Source: Opitutia bacterium (lineage in GTDB: Bacteria > Verrucomicrobiota > Verrucomicrobiia > Opitutales > Coraliomargaritaceae). Taken from it: DNA of 64,000 nucleotides. A model generated the notes under the pieces. The model searched no databases. It was given only the letters and a program-made list of their open reading frames with translations, and was not told where the DNA came from. The stretch spans positions 10,951-74,950 of the forward strand of contig JAQWIW010000003.1 of the NCBI GenBank assembly GCA_029248665.1, in the 5' to 3' direction. Shown piece after piece: positions 51,164-60,140 of this stretch; positions within the stretch are counted from its first letter, which is position 1, and each line of letters opens with the position of its first letter. A program made the position numbers and the translations under genes.

Positions 51164-52330
51164 ATGCAAGATCTTTACATACAAGCCGAAGCCTTCATTT
51201 CGTCAATGCAACAGTTTGAAGGGAATCAGTCAAATTCGGATAAATGGAAGCAAAGACTCGACTCTATCAAAAAAAGCATTGAAGAAACCGGCACCTATAG
51301 TCACACCCTGGAAGAACTTTCCTTTGGGGCAAAACTGGCTTGGAGAAACAGTAACCGCTGTATTGGTCGTCATTTTTGGAGGCAGCTAGATGTTTTTGAC
51401 TGTCGCGCACTTAAGACAAAAGAAGCTATCATGGATGCTTTGGAAAATCATGTCGCATTTTCCTTCAACAAAGGGGCGATTAAAAGTGCCGTCACAATAT
51501 TTGCCCCGAAAAATCAAACATCTAAAACTCCAGATCCCATACGCATACTGAATCATCAGTTAATTCGATACGCTGGCTTTAAAAAAGAAGATGGGACAAT
51601 CCTTGGAGACCCACACAGTTTACATTTCACTCAAGAATTAGAAAAACACGGTTGGGTCCCACCTAATAAAAATGCATTTACACCGTTGCCATGGCTAATC
51701 CAAATTAATGGAGAAACTCAGGAACCCTATCCAGTACTTGAAGAAAAACCTCACTTACTGACTGAAGTTCAAATCGAACACCCAGAAAATGAAGCATTTA
51801 AGACACTTGGATTAAAATGGTATAGCACGCCTATATTGTCGGATATGGTACTTATGATCGGAGGTATCCACTATCCCTGTGCACCATTTAACGGGTGGTA
51901 TATGGGAACGGAAATCGGTGCGAGAAACTTAGCCGACGAAGATCGCTATAATTACCTACCTCAAATTGCAAAAATCTTCCAACTCGATACAAAAAATAAT
52001 CGTAGTCTTTGGCGCGATCGAGCAATCATAGAATTAAACCGAGCGGTACTCTATAGCTTTGACCGAGATAAAGTAAAAATTGGTGATCACCATGCAATTA
52101 CCCGTCAGTTCGAAAAATTCTGCGAAAACGAAACCAATTCCAAATGCCCAATCACAGGAGATTGGTCATGGCTCGTACCCCCGATATCTGCATCACAGAC
52201 CCCTACATTTAGCCAAGAGTTTGATCCAACCGTGGTTCAACATACAAATTTCTTTTATCAAGCGTCTCCTTTAGAGGGAAATAATCAAGCTCCAGCTCCT
52301 AAAGGTAAATGCCCCTATCATATAAGTTAA
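51164..52330 (+). CDS. nos: nitric-oxide synthase oxygenase domain protein (bacterial NOS)
   Basis: 'GAKLAWRNSNRCIGRHFW' (heme-thiolate Cys), 'GGIHYPCAPFNGWYMGTEIGARNLADE', 'GDHHAITRQFEKF' and 'GDWSWLVPPIS'. This is near-identical motif content to Bacillus subtilis NOS. No fused reductase domain. Confidence 0.9.
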   Translation: MQDLYIQAEAFISSMQQFEGNQSNSDKWKQRLDSIKKSIEETGTYSHTLEELSFGAKLAWRNSNRCIGRHFWRQLDVFDCRALKTKEAIMDALENHVAFSFNKGAIKSAVTIFAPKNQTSKTPDPIRILNHQLIRYAGFKKEDGTILGDPHSLHFTQELEKHGWVPPNKNAFTPLPWLIQINGETQEPYPVLEEKPHLLTEVQIEHPENEAFKTLGLKWYSTPILSDMVLMIGGIHYPCAPFNGWYMGTEIGARNLADEDRYNYLPQIAKIFQLDTKNNRSLWRDRAIIELNRAVLYSFDRDKVKIGDHHAITRQFEKFCENETNSKCPITGDWSWLVPPISASQTPTFSQEFDPTVVQHTNFFYQASPLEGNNQAPAPKGKCPYHIS

Positions 52331-52340
52331 AACCAAAAAA

Positions 52341-53666
52341 TCAGGCTGAATAATCTTCTGGATTAAAAATCCTTAAATAGACTGGATCCGCCATAAAAGA
52401 ATCCAACTGCTTAACCGCTTCACAAGCTGCCAAAACAGATACTTCAGAACTTTTGTGAGTGGTCACCATTATCAAAGCAGAATCATCGGATAATTCTTTT
52501 TGGTTCACGGTCGAAAAACTAATATGATGCTTGGCAAAGATATTTGAAATTTCCGCTAAAACACCTTCTTTATCCTTAACATGAAAACGAAAATAGTAGC
52601 GCCCTTCCACTTGATCCTGACGACTTAATTCCAAAGCAACTTCATCCTTAGTATTTAAAGCGACGTTGTTATGACGACCCAAGGAAGATTCTCCTTTAAG
52701 CAAGGATACCGCATCAGCAATATCACTGATCACTGAGCTCGATGTCGCATCTTGCCCAGCACCACGACCAATCAACACCGTTGTGCCCACAACATCACCG
52801 GTCACACTCACCCCGTTATAGACCTCATTCACTTCCGCTAAAGTTTCAGTATCTGCAATCAAAGCAGGATGCAAACGAACCGATACAGAATTACTCGAAA
52901 AATCTCGGGCAATGATCCCTAAGAGCTTTATTTTATAACCTAATTGGCGAGCAATCTCTATATCCTCTTTAGATATGGAACGAATCCCCTCGCAGATAAT
53001 GTCCTTTAAATTGACCCATATTCCATGGGCCAAATAATTTAAAATCACAAGCTTATGGGCTGCATCAATACCATCTAAGTCTAAGGATTCATCCGCCTCC
53101 ACATAACCCAAGTCTCTAGCATCACCTAATGTTTCCTCAAAACTCAAGCCTTCTCGCTCCATGCGGGTGAGGATATAATTCGAAGTACCATTTAAGATCC
53201 CAAAAATCAGGCTAAAACGATTGGCGACTAATGCTTCACGCATGGTTTTAATAATTGGAATACCTCCAGCTACCGATGCTTCATAAAAATAATGCCCACC
53301 ATGTTGCCTTGCCAATTCAAACAAGGCTTCACCATGATCACAAATAAGGGCTTTATTTGCGCTAACTACTATTTTACCTCGTTTTAATGCCTCTTCGGTG
53401 TATGTGAGTGCTTCATCCGTTCCACCGATTAATTCGCAAACGATATCAATACTCTCATCCTCTAAAACTTCATTAGCATTTGTCGTTAAGATATTTTCAG
53501 GAACTGTGATTGATCGCTCACGGTTTAAGTTGCGTACGACTACTTTGGCGATGTCTAACTTAAGACCTAGTCGCCCTTCCAATGCCGAACGATTCTGTTC
53601 AATATTCTTCCAAACACCCTGACCGACTACACCAAAACCCAAAAGTCCTATTTTTATTTTTTTCAA
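52341..53666 (-). CDS. hom: homoserine dehydrogenase with C-terminal ACT domain
   Basis: 'IGLLGFGVVGQGV' and 'GILNGTSNYILT'; ACT region 'KDKEGVLAEISNIFAKHHIS'. Confidence 0.94.
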   Translation of the reverse strand: MKKIKIGLLGFGVVGQGVWKNIEQNRSALEGRLGLKLDIAKVVVRNLNRERSITVPENILTTNANEVLEDESIDIVCELIGGTDEALTYTEEALKRGKIVVSANKALICDHGEALFELARQHGGHYFYEASVAGGIPIIKTMREALVANRFSLIFGILNGTSNYILTRMEREGLSFEETLGDARDLGYVEADESLDLDGIDAAHKLVILNYLAHGIWVNLKDIICEGIRSISKEDIEIARQLGYKIKLLGIIARDFSSNSVSVRLHPALIADTETLAEVNEVYNGVSVTGDVVGTTVLIGRGAGQDATSSSVISDIADAVSLLKGESSLGRHNNVALNTKDEVALELSRQDQVEGRYYFRFHVKDKEGVLAEISNIFAKHHISFSTVNQKELSDDSALIMVTTHKSSEVSVLAACEAVKQLDSFMADPVYLRIFNPEDYSA

Positions 53667-53711
53667 TTCGTCTCCTATTAACTTAAATTAAACCAAATAT
53701 ACTAGAGGAGA

Positions 53712-54458
53712 TTAAGGATTAATCTTAATCAATTCACATTCAAATATCAAAGTATCACCCGGTTGAATAATTCCATTCGGTCTAGGATTATCACCATAAG
53801 CCAAATCACTAGGAATAAATAATATGATTTTACCACCTTCACCCACTTTAGTTAACCCTTCCGCAAAGCCTGGGACCACTCCTTGTAATGAAAAATCAGC
53901 GGGCTGACCTCTTTTATAAGAACTATCAAAAACAGTACCATCAATTCTTGTCCCCTTATAATGCACACGCACGGTATCTGATAATTTAGGCTTTTTATTT
54001 TTACCTGATTCAAGAATCTTGTAGTGTAGGCCTGAAGCTGTTGCTTTAACAGATTCATCCATTTTCAAACCATTGAGAAATTCTTTACCTTTGGTAGTAT
54101 TCTCTTCTACTTGTAATCCTCCCAACTTCGTTCGCTTATCCTCCGCATTCTTGATCTTTTTATCTATGAATGCTTGAAATTCCGCCATTTTATACTGATA
54201 GGAAGCATCCATGACCTCATCCTCTAAAGCTTTTTTTAAGCCCCGAGCAATCGCTTCTGCCTCATCAGCACCAAAACCAAGTTCTTTTAAGCCATCACGA
54301 TAAACCGTCATATAGCCCAACATTTCAAGCATAGCTTCTTCGTTTGAAGCTTGTTCTGTACTGTCTTGCATTGGATCCGCTTTCGCTTGTGTTTCATTTG
54401 CGAGCAGTGTGTTCAGTCCAATGCTCAAAATCGCTATAGTAAAAAGTAGGTATTTCAT
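53712..54458 (-). CDS. periplasmic FKBP-type peptidyl-prolyl isomerase (FkpA/Mip-like)
   Basis: Signal peptide. C-terminal FKBP domain with 'VRVHYKGTRIDGTVFDSS', 'VVPGFAEGL' and 'LIFECELIKI'. Confidence 0.9.
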   Translation of the reverse strand: MKYLLFTIAILSIGLNTLLANETQAKADPMQDSTEQASNEEAMLEMLGYMTVYRDGLKELGFGADEAEAIARGLKKALEDEVMDASYQYKMAEFQAFIDKKIKNAEDKRTKLGGLQVEENTTKGKEFLNGLKMDESVKATASGLHYKILESGKNKKPKLSDTVRVHYKGTRIDGTVFDSSYKRGQPADFSLQGVVPGFAEGLTKVGEGGKIILFIPSDLAYGDNPRPNGIIQPGDTLIFECELIKINP

Positions 54459-54574
54459 AATTAAAAAGTTTAAAGTCCGTTGGACAAAATTAATACACTA
54501 TAGATAACACCAAGACTTTATTTTTAAAGCCTAAATGTATCATTTTAGATATTTGTGCTTCTAAATCATACAAA

Positions 54575-54609
54575 CAAAAAAGCCCCAGATTTCTCTGGAG
54601 CTTTTTTTA
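54575..54609 (-). terminator. rho-independent terminator of the PEP-CTERM operon (hairpin has U-runs on both sides)
   Basis: Minus-strand reading: AGCTCCAGA-gaaa-TCTGGGGCT is a 9-bp stem with one mismatch, followed by TTTTTTGTTTG. Confidence 0.6.
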
Positions 54610-54640
54610 TAAATTAAGAAATTCTTAATTGATTTGCGTA

Positions 54641-55183
54641 TTATTTACGGCGACGGATCGCTACAAATAAGAATGCTGCAAAACCTGCAATTAATGCATA
54701 AGTTGAAGGTTCTGGTACAACAGAAACACCTGTTAATGTACCTGCTACTGTATCACCAGCGCCGCCTGTATTGATATCAAACGCAGTAACATCATTCCAT
54801 GCAAAAGAGTTTGCTGGAATTACAAGTGCATCAGAACCAGAAGTATCAAGATTAACCCATGAACCGCCACTAAGTGTAACAGTATTAAAGGCTGAATCGT
54901 AAAGGATTAAGTCAAATACAGAAGTAGATGCTGTAGTCATTGATCCAGATATGATAGCTTCTGTCGCAGTTGCCCAAGATGATAGATCTTGTGCACTGTC
55001 CCAATAAGCGCTGACAACATTACCTAGGTCACTGCCTGAAAATGTGATACCTGATCCACTAGTAGTAGAACCAAATGTATCGTAATTAGTGTCGACAGTA
55101 ATGCCTGATGTGAAATCTAATACTTGAGCATATGAAAATGATGCAATAAGTAATAGGGTAGTTAGTAATAATGATTTTTTCAT
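54641..55183 (-). CDS. PEP-CTERM-anchored secreted protein
   Basis: Signal peptide MKKSLLLTTLLLIASFSYA. Ser/Thr/Gly-rich body. Canonical C-terminal sorting signal 'VPEPSTYALIAGFAAFLFVAIRRRK'. Confidence 0.85.
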   Translation of the reverse strand: MKKSLLLTTLLLIASFSYAQVLDFTSGITVDTNYDTFGSTTSGSGITFSGSDLGNVVSAYWDSAQDLSSWATATEAIISGSMTTASTSVFDLILYDSAFNTVTLSGGSWVNLDTSGSDALVIPANSFAWNDVTAFDINTGGAGDTVAGTLTGVSVVPEPSTYALIAGFAAFLFVAIRRRK

Positions 55184-55201
55184 GATTTTTATATATAAAA
55201 G

Positions 55202-56176
55202 TTAAAGTGAGTAAGGTAAAGCTGTAGTAACAGTGCTATCTGTTGTCCCAGCTGAAGCTTTTGAAATTAATAATGCTGTTCCTGATGCAATGACTACGTC
55301 ATCTGAAAGTGGATTTCCTCTAGCTTGTCGTCTCCAATTAGTGCCATCATGGAAATATTTAGTCCATGTACCTGTTGCAGTTAGAGAATAAACTAAGTCT
55401 GTTGAACTAAATTCAAAGGCGTTTTGAATGTTCGTTTCACTTAAAGTAATATCAGTAGGAAAAGTATTAGACCAAACACTAAGACCTGAACTACTTAGGC
55501 CGATAACGGATTGTGTTGTTGGAACTGTTCCAGTTAGAACAAAATCAGTGGAAGTAGCATTAATTCTTTGTATTAATATACCGCTATCTGGTTGGATTGC
55601 TAAATTATCAGAATTTGGATTACCTCTGGCGTCTCTGACCCAATTCGTACCATTGTTGTAATATTTTGACCAAGTGCCCGTGGAAGTAAGTACCCATACG
55701 ATGTCTGCTACATCTTTTGAACCACCATATATCACACCATCTGAGGGTCCGCCGAAAAGTGAAGATAACGTGTCAACTGCTACCACTTCGAAAGTATCAG
55801 CTGCAACTAAGCCGTTTAAATCACCAGAAACAGTTATTTCAGTAGCAGTATTTGATGTTATAGGAAAAAGCATACCCTCAAGGCTACCTGAAGTAATTTT
55901 GACTGAATTAGGTGCTGCAGCTTGAGATAAATCTGCAAAAGATGCAGTATCATCAGTTACAGTAGTAGCTGTAGTTGTACTTACAGTACCACTAGATACG
56001 GGAGAATAAAGCGGAAGAGCAAATCCGGTGAGCACACGGCCATTACCAGTACCGGCATTAATCGTTTGAGTCACATAGCCCACGGGAGTGGAACTTACTG
56101 ACTGAGCTTGAGAAACGAATGCGAATAAGCACGATAGCGCAGCGCATCCAAGAAGTTTAAAAGGTTTAGTTTTCAT
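55202..56176 (-). CDS. secreted Thr/Ser-rich protein with an internal duplication (possibly the Verrucomicrobia/Planctomycetes-restricted TIGR02597-like family)
   Basis: Signal peptide ending in AFVSQAQS. Two homologous segments of about 60 aa (aa 158-218 and 260-320): 'LTSTGTWSKYYNNGTNWVRDARGNPNSDNLAIQPDSGILIQR' and 'LTATGTWTKYFHDGTNWRRQARGNPLSDDVVIASGTALLISK'. It lies 18 nt upstream of the PEP-CTERM gene. The family name is from memory only. Confidence 0.6.
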   Translation of the reverse strand: MKTKPFKLLGCAALSCLFAFVSQAQSVSSTPVGYVTQTINAGTGNGRVLTGFALPLYSPVSSGTVSTTTATTVTDDTASFADLSQAAAPNSVKITSGSLEGMLFPITSNTATEITVSGDLNGLVAADTFEVVAVDTLSSLFGGPSDGVIYGGSKDVADIVWVLTSTGTWSKYYNNGTNWVRDARGNPNSDNLAIQPDSGILIQRINATSTDFVLTGTVPTTQSVIGLSSSGLSVWSNTFPTDITLSETNIQNAFEFSSTDLVYSLTATGTWTKYFHDGTNWRRQARGNPLSDDVVIASGTALLISKASAGTTDSTVTTALPYSL

Positions 56177-56210
56177 ATTTTGAGATAATTAAAAAAAAAG
56201 GGTATTCGAT

Positions 56211-56240
56211 AAGATACGTGATTTTACCCATCTTTGTCAA
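56211..56240 (-). promoter_or_regulatory. candidate sigma-70-type promoter for the 56176-54641 operon
   Basis: Minus-strand TTGACA (56240-56235), an 18-nt spacer, then TATCTT (56216-56211), about 35 nt upstream of the ATG. By-eye match only. Confidence 0.3.
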
Positions 56241-56365
56241 ATAATTTTTTTTATAGTTTAACTTATTTGATAATTTATAATTAACAGATTTATACTAATT
56301 AATATTGATACCGATAAGAGCAATAAAGGCAAAAAATATTCCTAGAAATTACAAAATTCAGTATT

Positions 56366-57328
56366 TTAGTACAAATTCAGGGTAACATCATCCAAATTAA
56401 ACATCCATTTGGCTGCTCCCACGTTTGTAGCAATCGAATTAATACTTAATAGCGAATCCCACTGCTGGCTAATGTAGGATTCAATTTTGTGCGCAAAATA
56501 AATACCATCAATTAATTGATAGTCAAAATACCTTATTAAGATAGGCTTGAATTCTTTCAATGTGTCGAAAACTTGAATTGTAACGATTAAATGGGATTCA
56601 ACATCCAAAAAATAATCGATTGTAAAATTTTGATCCAAAAAGAGACGAATCTTGTAACACACTGTATTGAATTCTCTGACTGTCCCTAAATATTGATAAG
56701 CTTTACCTGCTTGCAGCGGATATAGCAAATATCTAGGGAGTTCGGTTTCATTGATCATTCGGTCAAATTTAATAGCAATTTGAGGGGATAAAATACCTTC
56801 TTCAGAAATTTGCTTTTGCTTTATACTGGTACCGTCAAAGGCAATTAGGCTGGTTTGTCCCTTTGATGAAAGTGATATTTTATACCAATTAGGTTTTTTT
56901 GTGACCGATTCATATTGATAGATACCATTTAAGGTATTCAAATCTGCGGAGATTTTAATGCTTTTAATGGTTTCCCAATAATCTGCCCCGCCTAAGCATT
57001 GATTATAATGGCGTGTGAGAATTTGCCCCAATTTTGAAGCCTTCAACTTAGGCATTGGGGAATTAACTAATGATTGTGTTCTAATACTACCCTCGGGAAG
57101 TAATTCATTGCCATTGGTTGGTGCAATTTCTAGGTTTTTTAAATCATGGTTTACTAAGCCGAGGCCTAAGTCTAATTCTAAGCCTAAGTCTAAGTCATAG
57201 GCATCAAGTACCTCCGTACCTTCTTCTCCATAAACGTTTAAATTTAAAAAGAATAAAAAGAAGCACAGTAAGGGCAAAGGGCTTAGAATAAAGTTCATAT
57301 TACTAGCGAGCGACATGGCTAAAATCAA
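56366..57328 (-). CDS. secreted protein, LolA-like (outer-membrane lipoprotein-sorting fold) candidate, with an acidic D-L/G-L repeat near the N-terminus
   Basis: Hydrophobic signal 'MNFILSPLPLLCFFLFFLNLNVYG' (the true start may be 57298). It is followed by 'DAYDLDLGLELDLGLGLV'. 'TKKPNWYKISL...FDGTS' resembles the ORF at 1144-1923. Confidence 0.4.
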   Translation of the reverse strand: MILAMSLASNMNFILSPLPLLCFFLFFLNLNVYGEEGTEVLDAYDLDLGLELDLGLGLVNHDLKNLEIAPTNGNELLPEGSIRTQSLVNSPMPKLKASKLGQILTRHYNQCLGGADYWETIKSIKISADLNTLNGIYQYESVTKKPNWYKISLSSKGQTSLIAFDGTSIKQKQISEEGILSPQIAIKFDRMINETELPRYLLYPLQAGKAYQYLGTVREFNTVCYKIRLFLDQNFTIDYFLDVESHLIVTIQVFDTLKEFKPILIRYFDYQLIDGIYFAHKIESYISQQWDSLLSINSIATNVGAAKWMFNLDDVTLNLY

Positions 57329-57434
57329 AAAGCAAAAAGCAAGGGGGGTGATCTCCTAAGAGATAGGCTTATTTAAAATATAAATTTCTATTGTAAAAAC
57401 AATAATATTATCCGATAAAATACAGAATCAATCT

Positions 57435-58730
57435 ATGCCTAGTTTCATATATACTTATCGTACTACGGAGGGGGGTTCATCCACCCAAACGCTCAATGCA
57501 TACGATCGAAAACAGGCTTTAGTATTATTAAAAAAGCAAGGTATCGTTGCTTTGAAGCTTGAGGAATCAAGGACTGATGATAGCAATAAAGCATCAAAGA
57601 GGCTGAAGTTTATGGACTTATTCAGCTCAAAAAAAGAAGGACTTAATTCAAGACAAGCTGAACAGACCCATTCGCAAAAGGGATTGACCACGGCAAAAGG
57701 CGAAAGTGTAGGGTTAAATCTATTAAAGCGCCTATATGAATTACACAAATCCGGTATGCCAATAGGCGATGCTGTACGAATTTTGCAAAATCGTCTCAGT
57801 GATAAGGAGCAAAAAGCCTTGGCCATAGGTATTTGGAGAGATTTAAGTGAAGGGCTCACCTTAGCCAAGGCACTTTCAAGAAGAACTCGTTTTTTCACCC
57901 CTTCGGTAAGCCACGTGATCCAAGCAGGCGAAGCGACTGGGCATTTAGCACCCGTTCTTTCAAAAGTAATTCAACACCTTGAAGAGAAACGTGCTATTCG
58001 AAAAAAAATGCTCTCTAGTATGGCCTATCCAGCCTTTGTCAGTATCGTAGCGATACTTGTAGTTATTTTGTTTTTAACCGTTTTATTACCACAAATCGAA
58101 GGTATGCTCGAACGCTTGGGGGGCGAAATGACTTGGAGTGCTCAACTACTGATTGATGGTTCTCAATGGATGCTTAAATTAGGTCCGTTCTTAATCATAG
58201 GACTGATTTTGCTCATCATTAGCCTGAGCCAATGGAAACGGACCCAAATAGGTAAACGCATGATCGACCAATGGAGCTTAAAAATACCGCTCGTTGGAAA
58301 TATCATCTACTATTCTAATCTGTATCAAACGGGTAATTTAATTGCGACTTTGCTTCAAAGCGGCATCAACACTACGGAAACTTTACAGCTCACTGAAAAA
58401 ACTATTGAAAATGCTCACCTGAAGCAGCAATTCAGCACAGCAAAAGGACAAATCAATGAGGGGGCATCTATCACGCAGGCCTTTCGTTTGCAGAATTTCA
58501 TGCCTGATGTTGCATTGGATATCCTGAGTGTGGGTGAAGATACTGGCGAACTTGCCAATAGTATGGAGGATGTTACGGAGGGCTTTAAAGAATCACTGAG
58601 TCAACGACTGAATGCTTTGACCACAATTGTTTCCTCCCTAGCCCTTGGTTTTGCCTTTGGCTTAGTCACCTTAATTGCAATTGGTATTGTCACGAGTGTC
58701 TTTGAGGTAAGCAAAACACTTTCGATCTAA
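57435..58730 (+). CDS. type II secretion / type IV pilus platform protein, GspF/PilC family
   Basis: 431 aa. N-terminal 'FIYTYRTTEGGSSTQTLNAYDRKQALVLLKKQGIVALKLEE', two T2SSF repeats and 3 TM segments. No adjacent GspE/PilB ATPase. Confidence 0.85.
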   Translation: MPSFIYTYRTTEGGSSTQTLNAYDRKQALVLLKKQGIVALKLEESRTDDSNKASKRLKFMDLFSSKKEGLNSRQAEQTHSQKGLTTAKGESVGLNLLKRLYELHKSGMPIGDAVRILQNRLSDKEQKALAIGIWRDLSEGLTLAKALSRRTRFFTPSVSHVIQAGEATGHLAPVLSKVIQHLEEKRAIRKKMLSSMAYPAFVSIVAILVVILFLTVLLPQIEGMLERLGGEMTWSAQLLIDGSQWMLKLGPFLIIGLILLIISLSQWKRTQIGKRMIDQWSLKIPLVGNIIYYSNLYQTGNLIATLLQSGINTTETLQLTEKTIENAHLKQQFSTAKGQINEGASITQAFRLQNFMPDVALDILSVGEDTGELANSMEDVTEGFKESLSQRLNALTTIVSSLALGFAFGLVTLIAIGIVTSVFEVSKTLSI

Positions 58731-58769
58731 TTTTCGATTTAACTTTCGTAGATAAAACGAATAGCCGGT

Positions 58770-59999
58770 TTAGGTATTCTTAGGCTTTCCTTGAGTCATA
58801 GCTCGACGACGCAAACGCAGGGCATTCAAACGAATGAAGCCACTCGCATCGTCAGGATTATAATCGCTATCGACTCCTTCCATGGAAGCAATGGCCTCGT
58901 CGTACAATGAAAATGGTGATTTTCGCCCTACTGTGGTCACATTGCCTTTGTATAACTTCAAACGAACGGTTCCTGAAACACATTTCTGAGACTCATCAAT
59001 CAACGCTTGAATTGCTTCACGCTCAGGTGCATACCAAAAGCCATTGTAAATTAATTTAGCATATTCTGGAATTAAACTATCACGAACGTGCATCAATTCA
59101 CGATCCATAGTTAAGGATTCCATATTTCGATGTGCTTGAAGCAAAATAGTACCGCCTGGTGTTTCATAAACGCCACGACTCTTCATCCCGACAAAACGAT
59201 TTTCAACAATATCGACACGACCGACACCATGTTTACCGGCAAGAGTATTGAGCGTGCGCATTACTTCGGCAGGGTTCATCGTTTTTCCGTTCACGGCCAC
59301 ACAATCCCCAGATGCAAAATCCAATTCTACATATTCGGCCTCGTCTGGAGCATCTTCTGGATCAACGGTGAGCTTATACATTGCTTTATTAGACTCCACA
59401 GTTGGGTCAAACCAAGGATCTTCCAAAATACCTGCTTCATAGGAAATATGGAGTAAATTGCGATCCATGGAATAAGGTTTGGAGGCACTGGCTTCGACAT
59501 CAATATTATGCTCCTTGCAGTAATCAATCATTTCGGTTCGACCCGGAAAGGCCTCTCGGAAAATCGGCATCCGCCAAGGGGAAATAATTTGTAAATTCGG
59601 GGCTAAAGCAGCATAGCCTAATTCAAAGCGGACTTGGTCATTTCCTTTTCCAGTCGCTCCGTGGGCCACTGCGTCTGCACCTTCTTTTTCGGCAATCTCA
59701 GCATGCGCTTTTGCGATCAAGGGACGTGCGATAGAAGTTCCTAATAAGTATTGTCCTTCGTAGAGTGCATTGGCGCGCATCATCGGAAAAATAAAATCTG
59801 AGGCGAATTCGTCCACCAAGTCTAAAGTATAATGCTTAGAGGCCCCTGTTGCTTTTGCCTTTGCCTCTAAACCATCGAGCTCTTCCTCCTGACCGACATC
59901 TGCAGCAAAGGTAATAATCTCTGCAGAGTAATGTGCTTTCAACCAACTGACCAATACCGAAGTATCTAATCCACCCGAATATGCTAATACTATTTTCAT
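58770..59999 (-). CDS. argG: argininosuccinate synthase
   Basis: 'AYSGGLDTS', '[14 protein letters not shown]' and '[12 protein letters not shown]'. Confidence 0.97.
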   Translation of the reverse strand: MKIVLAYSGGLDTSVLVSWLKAHYSAEIITFAADVGQEEELDGLEAKAKATGASKHYTLDLVDEFASDFIFPMMRANALYEGQYLLGTSIARPLIAKAHAEIAEKEGADAVAHGATGKGNDQVRFELGYAALAPNLQIISPWRMPIFREAFPGRTEMIDYCKEHNIDVEASASKPYSMDRNLLHISYEAGILEDPWFDPTVESNKAMYKLTVDPEDAPDEAEYVELDFASGDCVAVNGKTMNPAEVMRTLNTLAGKHGVGRVDIVENRFVGMKSRGVYETPGGTILLQAHRNMESLTMDRELMHVRDSLIPEYAKLIYNGFWYAPEREAIQALIDESQKCVSGTVRLKLYKGNVTTVGRKSPFSLYDEAIASMEGVDSDYNPDDASGFIRLNALRLRRRAMTQGKPKNT

Positions 60000-60078
60000 A
60001 AAACTTTAATTTATATATGTAGGAAGACCAATGAGTTATTTGTTGGAATCTGGCAAGGCAGATTGAGTAAGTTTTACG

Positions 60079-60110
60079 AAAAAAAATCCCTCAGTAATTA
60101 CTGAGGGATT
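60079..60110 (-). terminator. rho-independent terminator downstream of the porin gene
   Basis: Perfect palindrome TCCCTCAGTAATTACTGAGGGA (60087-60108). It is followed on the minus strand by TTTTTTTT. Confidence 0.75.
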
Positions 60111-60140
60111 TTGAAAGGATTCAATTGTATGAATCTTAAA

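Noticed and set aside
51164-52330. The NOS gene as a recently acquired genomic island.
   Set aside because: No integrase, transposase, tRNA or direct repeats flank it. Base composition by eye resembles that of its neighbours. Horizontal origin may still be ancient, but the sequence shows no island.
57150-57200. Short DNA repeats (cctaagtcta-like) that might have been a regulatory repeat or mini-array.
   Set aside because: They lie inside the coding frame of the 56366-57328 ORF. They simply encode the DLDLGLELDLGLGL low-complexity segment.
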